Origin: an uncultured Planctomycetia bacterium
GTDB lineage: Bacteria; Planctomycetota; MHYJ01; CAYXQY01
Assembly (NCBI GenBank): GCA_964580675.1
Contig: CAZOLI010000001.1
Span: 148,703-167,797, forward strand
Length of the DNA: 19,095 nt
Reading direction: 5' to 3'
This document shows, one piece after another, positions 9,658 to 18,338 of this stretch (position 1 is the stretch's first letter; every line of letters begins with the position of its first letter). The notes under the pieces are model-generated. The model was not told the DNA's origin. It saw nothing but the letters and a program-made list of their open reading frames with translations, and made no database searches. A program made the position numbers and the translations under genes.

Positions 9658-11187
9658 ATGCTTGGCGGAATTCCGCTTGAACTATGGCTTGTAATCGGAG
9701 GGGTCATTGTTGTTTTCGGAACGTTCATTGCCTTTGCGACGAGGTATCATCGCTGCCCCTCGGACAAAATCCTGGTGAAATACGGCACGGTCGGTCGGGA
9801 TGCCGAAGGAAAAGGGCTATCGGCGGAATGCATTCACGGCGGTGCCACATTTATCTGGCCCATACTGCAGGACTACGGCTGGCTGGACCTGACGCCGTTG
9901 ACCATTGACATCGACCTGACCGACGCCCTTTCGGCCGAGAACATCCGAATCTCCACTCCCTCCACTTTTACCGTCGGCATTTCCACCGAACCCGGTGTCA
10001 TGCAGAACGCGGCGGAACGGTTGCTTGGCCTTCCCCTTTCCGAAATCAAAGACCTGGCCCGCGACATTATCTTTGGACAGATGCGGGTGGTCATTGCGAC
10101 GATGAACATTGAACCGATTAACTCCGACCGTGATCAATTTATTCAGAACATCTCCGCAAACCTGGAACCGGAACTGCAGAAGGTGGGCCTCCGACTGATT
10201 AACGTAAACATCAAAGACGTATCGGACAAGTCCGGGTTTATCGAGGCCCTCGGGCGAAAGGCCGCCGCTCGAGAGAAAAACAAAGCAAAACGACAGGTGG
10301 CACAGGAAAAACGGGACGGAGAAGTCGGAAAAGCCGAAGCCGAACGAGAGCAACGTATTGAGGTGGCACAGGCCGATGCGGAGGCCGTTGACGGAGAGAA
10401 CCAGGCCGAAGTGGAAATCGCGAATTCCAACGCCGACCGCCGTGAGGCCGAAGCCGAGGCAAACCGGCGCGCAACCGCCGCGGAAAAAGTAAAACAGGCG
10501 CAGGCCAAGGAAGAATCATACGAAGCCCAAAAAGAAGCCGAACAGAAACGTGCGGAACGGGAGGAAGCCAGCGAATACGCGGACAAAGTCGTGCCGGCCA
10601 AAGTGGAAAAACAGCGTGTGGAAACCCTGGCAGAAGCGGATGCCGAAGAAGAACGCCGGAAAAAACAGGGAGAGGCCGACGGCATTTACTCCGTCATGCA
10701 GGCCCGTGCGAAAGGACACCGGGAGATTCTCTCCGGAAAAGCCGACGGATTCCGGAAAATCGTGGATTCCACCGGCGGCGACGCACGGTTGGCCTCCCTG
10801 GTCATGATTACGGAACAGCTGCCGGATCTCGTGGAGGAACAGGTGAAAGCCATTTCCGACCTGGAATTCGATTCGGTCACTGTCTGGGAAGGGGGTTCGG
10901 GTTCCAACGGTCAGACCAATACCGCCGATTTTGCCTCCGGCCTTATCGGAGCCATTCCCCCGCTTCACGAAATCACAAGGAATGCCGGGGTTGAACTTCC
11001 GGAATACCTCGGTCGGATTGTGGATCAATCAAACGGTTCCTCGGACCAGACATCGGACGGGGAAGAATCATCCGATTCCCCACAGCAGATCGACCCTGAG
11101 GAAATTACCACCGACTCCGAACCGGATCCCGAGCCGGTGGAACAACCAGAGGAGAACCCGGACAATCCGGACGACAAAACTTCATAA
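9658..11187 (+). CDS. Flotillin (SPFH/band-7 family, YqiK/FloT-like) with a long E/A/K/R coiled-coil region and an acidic, proline-containing C-terminal tail
   Basis: 509 aa. It has an N-terminal TM anchor and an SPFH domain, followed by the flotillin-typical EA-rich heptad repeats (AEAEREQRIEVAQADAEA...). The acidic tail reads DSEPDPEPVEQPEENPDNPDDKTS. A GGAGGA ribosome-binding site lies 8 nt upstream of the ATG. Confidence 0.92.
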   Translation: MLGGIPLELWLVIGGVIVVFGTFIAFATRYHRCPSDKILVKYGTVGRDAEGKGLSAECIHGGATFIWPILQDYGWLDLTPLTIDIDLTDALSAENIRISTPSTFTVGISTEPGVMQNAAERLLGLPLSEIKDLARDIIFGQMRVVIATMNIEPINSDRDQFIQNISANLEPELQKVGLRLINVNIKDVSDKSGFIEALGRKAAAREKNKAKRQVAQEKRDGEVGKAEAEREQRIEVAQADAEAVDGENQAEVEIANSNADRREAEAEANRRATAAEKVKQAQAKEESYEAQKEAEQKRAEREEASEYADKVVPAKVEKQRVETLAEADAEEERRKKQGEADGIYSVMQARAKGHREILSGKADGFRKIVDSTGGDARLASLVMITEQLPDLVEEQVKAISDLEFDSVTVWEGGSGSNGQTNTADFASGLIGAIPPLHEITRNAGVELPEYLGRIVDQSNGSSDQTSDGEESSDSPQQIDPEEITTDSEPDPEPVEQPEENPDNPDDKTS

Positions 11188-11508
11188 CATTCCGGGGCAA
11201 TTTCCACGGACCCAAATATTCCGGTCTCCATGTCGGAGCGAAACACTTACCGAAACATGGATAAATGGTAAAAAGTCAGGCACATTTCGCCGTCTATGAA
11301 CCGTAATTTGACCCGGGACCGGTTTCGTTTGATCTGTCTTTCCCCCCGCTCCCGGAGAACCGAGATTAATTCTGTCCTCAATTCCTCACCCGGAGATCTC
11401 CGAAAAAACACCCGTCATTCCAGGTGAATGTTTTTCCCGGTTCTTCCGGTCGATATTGACCTCGGACGGGGCTTTACCAGGAACAATCATCGAAATTTTC
11501 ACCCGAAT

Positions 11509-12465
11509 ATGCTGAAAACATGTCCGCATTGCGGCTCGCGCGAAGAGGTGGAAAAACTTGCACGGTCGCATTTCTGTTCGGAATGTGGGAAACGTATATC
11601 CCCCTACGAAAGACGTGATGACGAAACGGACACGGAAGCCACGAAAACCAACCAAAGAACCCCGGACGGAAGTATTGAGTCCCCCCCGTCGTCACCGGAA
11701 TTCGAATCAACCCATCAAACCGAAGGAAACAGCACATCCTCCGCTCGAAATCGGCGGTCGAAACCGGTGTGGAACCGGTACATAAATGAGCCCTCCCAAA
11801 AATTTGGTGGCGACGAGTTCGCAACACTGGCGGACCTTTTCAAAGGGATCGGCATCATCTGGGGGACGACCCTGCTTCTAGGTGCCCTGGTGGGTGGAGC
11901 CATTCAACAGGACCCGAGACCATCGGATTTCCTAATTCTGACCATGCTGACAAACGGTGCGACCCTGGTGGTCTGCCTGTACTTCACCTCCTGGAAATAT
12001 GGTCACCCGGTCCGGAAGGGGCTCCGATTTCACGCCTTTCCTCCCCTCCAGGGTTTCCTCAGTGTCGGATTGGCTGTGATCCTGGGCCTCGGTGCCGTCG
12101 TCATGTCCTCATTGTTTGGAACCGGTGAATCGGTGATTTCGGAATTAATGAAGAAGGAAGGGGGCCCTTCGATCATGCTGACGGTTGCTCTCGTGATCCC
12201 GCTCTTTGAAGAAATTTATTACCGGGGATTCCTTTATAAGGTTCTGGAACGATCGGCCAACAAATGGGTTGCGGTGGGGGTTGTGACATTCTGGTTTGTG
12301 GGGGCACACATCCCGCAGTACCTTTCGGATCCCGTCAGTATTCCCGTCATCTTCGTTGTCGGTCTGGCGTTTACTACTCAGAGAGCTTACGCCGATTCGA
12401 TTCTTCCGTACATCATCTCACACACTCTCTATAATGGCATCGTCATGATGTTTGCAATACTCTAA
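11509..12465 (+). CDS. Fusion of a zinc ribbon, a disordered linker and a CPBP-family (CAAX protease / Abi, glutamic-type) intramembrane metalloprotease
   Basis: The N-terminus CPHCGS-x14-CSECG is a C4 zinc ribbon. About 80 aa of low-complexity acidic/S/T/P linker follow, then a polytopic domain carrying the three CPBP motifs EEIYYRGFLY (EExxxR), FVGAHIP (FxxxH) and HTLYNG (HxxxN). I place the start at ATG 11509. An alternative in-frame ATG at 11428 would add 27 residues. Confidence 0.8.
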   Translation: MLKTCPHCGSREEVEKLARSHFCSECGKRISPYERRDDETDTEATKTNQRTPDGSIESPPSSPEFESTHQTEGNSTSSARNRRSKPVWNRYINEPSQKFGGDEFATLADLFKGIGIIWGTTLLLGALVGGAIQQDPRPSDFLILTMLTNGATLVVCLYFTSWKYGHPVRKGLRFHAFPPLQGFLSVGLAVILGLGAVVMSSLFGTGESVISELMKKEGGPSIMLTVALVIPLFEEIYYRGFLYKVLERSANKWVAVGVVTFWFVGAHIPQYLSDPVSIPVIFVVGLAFTTQRAYADSILPYIISHTLYNGIVMMFAIL

Positions 12466-12598
12466 GTTGCCTCCTGAAATTCCTCGGTCGAAAGGACCGG
12501 GACCGGTGGATTCACGGCAGGACCGTTCTACGCTTGACCGGGAAACTTATTGCGTCAACCGTTGTTTCACCGGTCCAATCAGTTGATGGTCCACCGTT

Positions 12599-14665
12599 CT
12601 AATCGTCCTCCGAATCCCCGAATGGATTGATGTCCTTGAGTTTATCCTTCACGTCGTCCAGTTTTTCCTTCTTCTTCTCAAGATCCTGCAACTCCTTTCG
12701 AATCTCCTCCGGATCCCCCGACTTCAATGACTTCGCTGCACTTTTTTTGATGTTTTTGTACTCGGAGGAAAGCTCCACCTCCGCTCGGTTCTTGATAGAT
12801 TCCAGTTCCCCGTTGATCCGGTTAATCTGTTCCTGATACTTCTGTTTGCCCAGGGCCACAAGACCTTCTTTGGCTATTCTTAGCACCTCCCCTTTCCACT
12901 GAAAGGCCGGCTCCGCGGGTGTTCCCGTCACGAGAAAACCAAACACAACCGGCGCCTGTTGCGCATAGGCGTTTATGCCCCGCACCACGTACCGGGCCGT
13001 TTCCGGTTTTAATCCGAGAAACCGGGTTTCCTTCGACGGTTTTTCCAGTACGAGATCCCTCATAACAAGTTCCACGGGCGCGTTCAGATTTTGCTTGTTG
13101 TAGGCCAGTTCCGCCTTGAAATTCGCAGCTCCATTTAACACTCGAACCGGCAGTGAAGATTCGTAAAGGTGGCGGTGTTTTACGAGAGAAAACCCATCCG
13201 CATTCAGGTTAATCCGGGTGGTCCAGCCTGAATCACCTTCGCCCGGTTCCATCGCGCCGTTGACGGAAACGGTCGACTCCTCCGTTCCGGTCATGGTTCC
13301 GGAAAGATCCATCCGGACGGGTTTGTTCAGCAGATCCGGACTCGACGAAATGTTCTTCACCGAACCACTTATGGATTTCAATGCGAACTCCCCTGCATTG
13401 TCGTCCCCCTGATCTCCAGCGGAGACCCTGCAATCCACAAGGGAGATGGAATCGACCTGAAAATATGGACGGCGAGGTTTCATTTCTTTTGTGGCATACC
13501 GCATATCATCCGGGAGGGTCCGCTTCTCCTTCGTTGTTCGCTCTTCCTGTTCCGATGTCTTCTCGGCCTGCCGTTCACGGTAATACTGCACGTACCTTCG
13601 CAACAGTTGATACCAGTCCACCTTTTCTCCGTTCTTCTTCAGCCACTCCTTGAGGTCCTGACCGGACTCCCCCTCTGGTTCAACCGGTTCAAGATCATCC
13701 AGATTCAAACTCCCATCCTTCCGGCGTTCGGCGTGAAACCGAATTCCCCGGGCTTCCATGGTCGTAATGCGAAGGCGTCCGGCGAGAAGAGCCGGCACGG
13801 AAAGCCCCATCTCCAGCCGATCCGCCTCAAAAATATTCTGTTCCTCGTTCTCCGGATCGGCCAGCGAAACGTCCTCCAGAACCATGTTCTGCCGGAGCGG
13901 CGAAACCCAGGCCCCCGAGACCGATGAGGTCGAGCCCGATACGGTGTTCATGCCTCCGGTAATGATCCCCGGAAGCCGGGCGTTGAGAAAGGGCACGCCG
14001 ACAAACGCACAAAGAAACCCCAGCACAACGACGGTAACAATCATTTTGCCCCGCAGCATACCGAACGGGATTCTGTACCAGGACGTCGTATCGTTCCCGG
14101 TCGTGGTATCTTTGTCGTCCTCCGCCGCCTCGTCCCGGTCGGAGGGACCGAAGAACAGCCAGACGAAAAACGAAAACACCTTCGTGTCCCCGTATCGCTT
14201 TACAAATCCAAGCTCCGCAAACCATCGCTCGATCCGGTTGCGGTAGAGGCGAACCAGAAAATAGACAAGCGGGAACACCGCGGCGACCAAAACCAACAAC
14301 ACCACCAGCGACCCGAACACCAGGTAATTGTTCAGCGCCATCAGGCCAAAGACCGGAAGGCTACGCAAAAACCGCACGGTACCGTCAAACAGGGCCGTCT
14401 GTCCGAGCAGGAGAAAGCCGGTCCGAAAAAACAGCGGAGCAATGAGGAGAAACAGACCCTTGGACAGACCGAACATGAAAAAGACCATTCCCGTGGAGCA
14501 CTGCAGAAAAAGCACAAGCAAAATCGGAATGAAGAGGTGGATTCCCCAGGGAAGAAGACCGAGCGACAGGCCCAGACAGACCCCCAGGGCCACCTCGCCG
14601 GGGGAATCCCCGCCCCGCAGCGATTTCAGCACTTTGCGAACGTCAAACAGCCCGCTAATAGACAT
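12599..14665 (-). CDS. Large (688 aa) membrane protein. It has a DUF2062/TIGR03546-like N-terminal polytopic domain fused to a large hydrophilic domain (TIGR03545/AsmA-like is a tentative assignment) and a C-terminal K/E-rich coiled coil.
   Basis: The N-terminus reads SPGEVALGVCLGLSLGLLPWGIHLFIPILLVLFL, matching the SP..A.G...G...G..P pattern of DUF2062 proteins, and is followed by about 5 TM helices. Next come roughly 400 aa of beta-rich hydrophilic sequence, then ELESIKNRAEVELSSEYKNIKK...LQDLEKKKEKLDDVKDKLKDINPFGDSEDD. An AGGAGA ribosome-binding site lies 6 nt before the ATG. Confidence 0.7.
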   Translation of the reverse strand: MSISGLFDVRKVLKSLRGGDSPGEVALGVCLGLSLGLLPWGIHLFIPILLVLFLQCSTGMVFFMFGLSKGLFLLIAPLFFRTGFLLLGQTALFDGTVRFLRSLPVFGLMALNNYLVFGSLVVLLVLVAAVFPLVYFLVRLYRNRIERWFAELGFVKRYGDTKVFSFFVWLFFGPSDRDEAAEDDKDTTTGNDTTSWYRIPFGMLRGKMIVTVVVLGFLCAFVGVPFLNARLPGIITGGMNTVSGSTSSVSGAWVSPLRQNMVLEDVSLADPENEEQNIFEADRLEMGLSVPALLAGRLRITTMEARGIRFHAERRKDGSLNLDDLEPVEPEGESGQDLKEWLKKNGEKVDWYQLLRRYVQYYRERQAEKTSEQEERTTKEKRTLPDDMRYATKEMKPRRPYFQVDSISLVDCRVSAGDQGDDNAGEFALKSISGSVKNISSSPDLLNKPVRMDLSGTMTGTEESTVSVNGAMEPGEGDSGWTTRINLNADGFSLVKHRHLYESSLPVRVLNGAANFKAELAYNKQNLNAPVELVMRDLVLEKPSKETRFLGLKPETARYVVRGINAYAQQAPVVFGFLVTGTPAEPAFQWKGEVLRIAKEGLVALGKQKYQEQINRINGELESIKNRAEVELSSEYKNIKKSAAKSLKSGDPEEIRKELQDLEKKKEKLDDVKDKLKDINPFGDSEDD

Positions 14666-14705
14666 GTTGTCTCCTGTCGAATAGTAAAAAAAACCACCAT
14701 ACGAC

Positions 14706-14763
14706 GGTTTGATACAAACCCGTATTCAACCATGTGTATCAAACCTACCGCCCGTTTGCCAAA
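14706..14763. promoter_or_regulatory. Pair of GTTTG-N-CAAAC palindromes with roughly 20-25 bp periodic CAAAC(C) motifs in a divergent intergenic region. Candidate operator sites.
   Basis: GGTTTG-ata-CAAACC (14706-14720) is a perfect 6-3-6 palindrome. GTTTG-c-CAAAC sits at 14752-14763. CAAAC(C/G) recurs near 14714, 14739, 14759 and 14779. Confidence 0.3.
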
Positions 14764-14809
14764 CCGAATCCTTCCCGTCTCAAACGACACAATTCGTATT
14801 CTAAAGGAG

Positions 14810-14845
14810 GTTGACCCTGCAAATGAAGATTGACTTCTGTATAAT
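14810..14845 (+). promoter_or_regulatory. Candidate promoter of the CSD-DEAD helicase gene, giving a leader of about 140 nt
   Basis: TGTATAATG sits at 14837-14845 (a near-consensus -10 with an adjacent TG). The -35 is imperfect: TTGACC at 14810 is too far and TTGACT at 14829 is too close. Confidence 0.35.
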
Positions 14846-14989
14846 GAGTAATTGTTATACGCTAAACGAATGATACTGGCGGAATCGAAGCCGGCCGACG
14901 GTCATAATCTCCGGTGTTCCACACCAGCAGAATGATTCGTTTCATGTGCTCAAAGCAAGTGAATTCTCTATTGATGGACGATTATCAAC

Positions 14990-16357
14990 ATGAAAAAAGG
15001 ACGGACAAAGTGGTTTGATCAGGAAAAAGGCTACGGATTTATCGAACGGGACGGTGGCAAAGACCTGTTTGTGCATCAGAGCAACATTCAATCCGATCAG
15101 CGCGATTACCTGAAGGAAGGCGAGGAAGTACTGTTTGAATCCGAGGAAAAGGAAGAAGGACCAGCTGCTGTTCGTGTGCAATTTCCGGACGAATCGGACC
15201 GGTCCGAAAATGGCCGGCACCAGCAACCGGAACCCGACGGCACCTTTGAAGACCTGGGGTTAAATGACACCATCTGTGCCGGTCCGGAAAGCGCCGGTTT
15301 CGACGCCCCGAGACCGGTCCAGAACAAGGCCATTCCTCCTCTCCTTGATGGAGAGGACCTCGCCATCACGGCGCCGACGGGAACCGGAAAAACAGCCGCT
15401 TTCCTCCTGCCGATGTTTCAGGACCTGCTTGGCGAAACGGAGAAACAACCGAGAGGCCTGGTTCTTGCTCCCACCCGCGAACTGGCCGACCAGATTGCCG
15501 AGGAAGGGCGGATGCTTGCCGAAGACCTCAATCTCACCATCGACCGGGTTGTCGGAGGTACCGACGTACACAACGAGAAAAAACGGCTTGAAGACGGAAT
15601 CGATGTCCTCGTGGCCACGCCCGGTCGCCTGATTGACCACATGAGTCGCTCCAACGTAAACTTCGATCAGCTGGATTGGTTTGTGGTGGACGAAGCCGAT
15701 CGCATGTGTGACATGGGCTTTCTTCCGCAGATTGAGCGAATCGAACGATGGTGTCCCGACAAACGGCAGGGCGTGTTCTGTTCGGCCACCATTCCGCCGG
15801 AGATTCAGGAACTTTCCGAAGAGATGCTGGATAATCCGGAAAAGGTATCCGTTGGTACGCAGGCCCCGGCGGAAAGCATATCACACTTCGTGGTGGAGAC
15901 GGAGAAGGGAAACAAAAAAGACGTTCTGACACACCTCCTGGACCGGACGGACCTGGAATCCGTTCTCGTGTTCTGCCGCCGGAAGGACACCGTCCGGAGC
16001 CTGACCCAGACGCTACGTGACCGGGGATACGACGCGTGTGGACTGCAGGGGGACATGGAAATGCTGCCCCGGGAAGCAACCCTGGACGCCTTCCGCAACA
16101 AAAGTTTTTCCATTCTCGTGGCCACAAACGTCGCCGCTCGAGGGCTTGACGTGGAACATATCCGACACGTCATCAATTACGACATTCCCCATGATCCGGA
16201 TGTCTACACCCACCGGATCGGTCGTACGGGCCGATCGGGACTGGAAGGGAACGCCTACACTCTGGTTACCTCAGATGACCGGAAACACCTCCAGGACATA
16301 GAGAACACCATCGGGTACGAAATTGAATCACTGTCGGCGAGCGAAATTTTGGATTAG
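14990..16357 (+). CDS. Fusion of a cold-shock domain (CspA-like, S1/OB) and a DEAD-box ATP-dependent RNA helicase
   Basis: The N-terminal 66 aa read KGRTKWFDQEKGYGFIERDGGKDLFVHQSNI..., carrying the RNP1 (KGYGFI) and RNP2 (FVHQ) motifs. After a short acidic linker come the Q-motif, APTGTGKT (I), PTRELA (Ia), VVDEADRM (II, DEAD), SAT (III) and HRIGRTGRSG (VI). 455 aa with no C-terminal extension. Confidence 0.92.
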   Translation: MKKGRTKWFDQEKGYGFIERDGGKDLFVHQSNIQSDQRDYLKEGEEVLFESEEKEEGPAAVRVQFPDESDRSENGRHQQPEPDGTFEDLGLNDTICAGPESAGFDAPRPVQNKAIPPLLDGEDLAITAPTGTGKTAAFLLPMFQDLLGETEKQPRGLVLAPTRELADQIAEEGRMLAEDLNLTIDRVVGGTDVHNEKKRLEDGIDVLVATPGRLIDHMSRSNVNFDQLDWFVVDEADRMCDMGFLPQIERIERWCPDKRQGVFCSATIPPEIQELSEEMLDNPEKVSVGTQAPAESISHFVVETEKGNKKDVLTHLLDRTDLESVLVFCRRKDTVRSLTQTLRDRGYDACGLQGDMEMLPREATLDAFRNKSFSILVATNVAARGLDVEHIRHVINYDIPHDPDVYTHRIGRTGRSGLEGNAYTLVTSDDRKHLQDIENTIGYEIESLSASEILD

Positions 16358-16448
16358 AAGATGTTGAAGGATTTCAGACCTTCGCCGAAAGGCGATTCAT
16401 CGAAAAACTCGCCCATTGAAGTTCCTCCTGCTCTAAGAATAATCAAAC

Positions 16449-17798
16449 CTAATAGTCGAGCCATTTCCATGGGACCCCCAAAGCCCTGGCGAGTTCATTG
16501 GCCATCGGCGCCATGACCTGATAGGGTTGCTCCTTGTCGTCGAAGTACCGGCAAATCGCGAAGGTCACCTTCTCTTTATCGCGTGTGCGTAGCCGTACCT
16601 CACAGGCGTACTCCATTCGATGACGGTACGATTCACCTTTGGTGGTGCTTTTTTGCCGATCCCGCCCGATGAGTTCCACCTTTTCAACATCGTCAATAGC
16701 ATATTCCACCTCGTCTCCATCTTCCGATACCCGAATACGATTGTCCCGCCAGTCCACGAGCGATTTTCGCTCCGGGTAGTAAAAATACAGGTACGCACCG
16801 CTGATCAGTGCAACCATACTCGACGCACCGACGAGATAGAGAAGTTCCCTCCCCGCAGGCCTCCCCATCGCGAAATAGGCGATGCCACCGAATATTCCCC
16901 CAATGATAACCGCAAACAACACGATCCATTGAACTGGTATTCCCTTTACGTGGAGCCTCACTTTGGTGCCGGGATCCCAGTGTATCTCAGTGTTTCGATA
17001 CACGTATAGTGGCGGCTGGAATTCACCGGGCGAAAAACTCTCCACTTCCACGTCCTTCGAATCCGCTGTTGTCCCCGACTCCACATCACCGGATTCAGTT
17101 GAGGCCCCGCTCTTCGGGCTCCGCTCGCGCTTTCGGAGGGTGAAGTGCTCATCGACGAAAGGGAGACGAGATTCCCCGTAGCCGACCGGAAACATTTCCA
17201 GTTCAAGACCCCGATGATCGTCCCGAATAAGATCAAATTCCCCCAATCGAAGAATTCGCCCCCACGCGAACATGACGTTACGCAGTTCCTCCGAATCCGT
17301 GACCTGCATTTGAAAATCCAGGTCGAAAAACCTCTGTTCACCGTCTGGTTCGTTGTGCCCCACCGTCAAATGACAGGTTCCGGAGGAAGCCCCCTGTTGC
17401 ATTTCCGCCTCAAATTCAACCCCTGTGCACTGCACCACGTCGTACCGGTCCCTCCGATTCCAGACGGGAAAAAACCCGGACCGTGTTACCGTAATTCCGT
17501 CCGGGTCTACCTCGACCCGAAGCGTCCGGGACAGACCCTTTCCCACAAAAACCAGGAAAACAACAGGTACACCAAGCCCAATAAGAGCAGCTATCGTCAG
17601 ACCAAGGGCTTTTCCCCCGGTTTCGGCGGTAAAGATGGCCGGTAACATCCAGTACAGAATCCACAGAACAAGTACGGCCAGTACCGACGATAATGCCCAG
17701 TGAAAAAAATCACGAAGGAGAAAGGACTCGTTTGCAAGAACAAGCCGGTGTTCCGGATCATGTTCCTGCCCCGACAGCTGATATCCCAGATTCAACAT
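16449..17798 (-). CDS. Membrane protein with an internal duplication of a TM-hairpin plus roughly 130-150 aa soluble domain module. The layout resembles YdbS/YdbT bacterial PH (DUF304) proteins.
   Basis: 449 aa. Module 1 is HWALSSVLAVLVLWILYW...GLGVPVVFLVFVG followed by a soluble domain. Module 2 is IPVQWIVLFAVIIGGIFGGIAYF...LVGASSMVALISGAYLYFYY followed by a soluble domain. An acidic S/T-rich linker separates them. ATG at 17796-17798. Confidence 0.75.
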   Translation of the reverse strand: MLNLGYQLSGQEHDPEHRLVLANESFLLRDFFHWALSSVLAVLVLWILYWMLPAIFTAETGGKALGLTIAALIGLGVPVVFLVFVGKGLSRTLRVEVDPDGITVTRSGFFPVWNRRDRYDVVQCTGVEFEAEMQQGASSGTCHLTVGHNEPDGEQRFFDLDFQMQVTDSEELRNVMFAWGRILRLGEFDLIRDDHRGLELEMFPVGYGESRLPFVDEHFTLRKRERSPKSGASTESGDVESGTTADSKDVEVESFSPGEFQPPLYVYRNTEIHWDPGTKVRLHVKGIPVQWIVLFAVIIGGIFGGIAYFAMGRPAGRELLYLVGASSMVALISGAYLYFYYPERKSLVDWRDNRIRVSEDGDEVEYAIDDVEKVELIGRDRQKSTTKGESYRHRMEYACEVRLRTRDKEKVTFAICRYFDDKEQPYQVMAPMANELARALGVPWKWLDY

Positions 17799-17850
17799 CG
17801 TGGGGTGTTGATAATTGAGGAACGAGTCAAAAAATCATTCGACGGAACGT

Positions 17851-18312
17851 TTATACGTCCTTCCGATATTCCTTCCGAAATCCCTTAAATAGTGTGAGGT
17901 GCTCTTCCTCATCCCGCAGGATACCGACGGCAATGTCCTCCGTAACCGGATCGTCGTTTTCCTGAGCGGCGCTGATGAGGTCCCGGTACAGTTCGATGGC
18001 CTCTTTCTCGGCATCGATCACGCCTTCGATCACCGAAAGGACATCCGTGGAATCGCCGGTGGGCTGGAGGGATTCCTGGTGAGCCTCGAAATCAAATGAA
18101 GCCGGTGCCGCTTCGTCAAGCTGCTTGAGCCGTTGGCCCAGTTCCCGGGCATGGGTTAACTCTTCATTCACGTCCGCGTTCAGTTCTTCCTTAATTTCCT
18201 CCGCTCGAACCCCGTCCAGATTGATCGAATGAGCCATGTAGTTCATGACGGTCTCAATCTCGTCGTGATAGGCACGCTTCAGCAGTTCCACCACACGTTG
18301 ATCGCTGTTCAT
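17851..18312 (-). CDS. Ferritin-like diiron-carboxylate four-helix-bundle protein (erythrin / rubrerythrin-N-domain / DUF892-like) of about 153 aa, very acidic
   Basis: A GGGAGG ribosome-binding site lies 6 nt before the ATG (MNSDQRVVELL...). The four predicted helices carry E / ExxH / E / ExxH ligand spacing: YHDEIET, NEELTHA, AEKEAIE and RDEEEHL. It sits 52 bp upstream of the duplicated-module membrane protein on the same strand. Confidence 0.8.
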   Translation of the reverse strand: MNSDQRVVELLKRAYHDEIETVMNYMAHSINLDGVRAEEIKEELNADVNEELTHARELGQRLKQLDEAAPASFDFEAHQESLQPTGDSTDVLSVIEGVIDAEKEAIELYRDLISAAQENDDPVTEDIAVGILRDEEEHLTLFKGFRKEYRKDV

Positions 18313-18338
18313 TACAACCTCCCGGCAACACAAATGAA

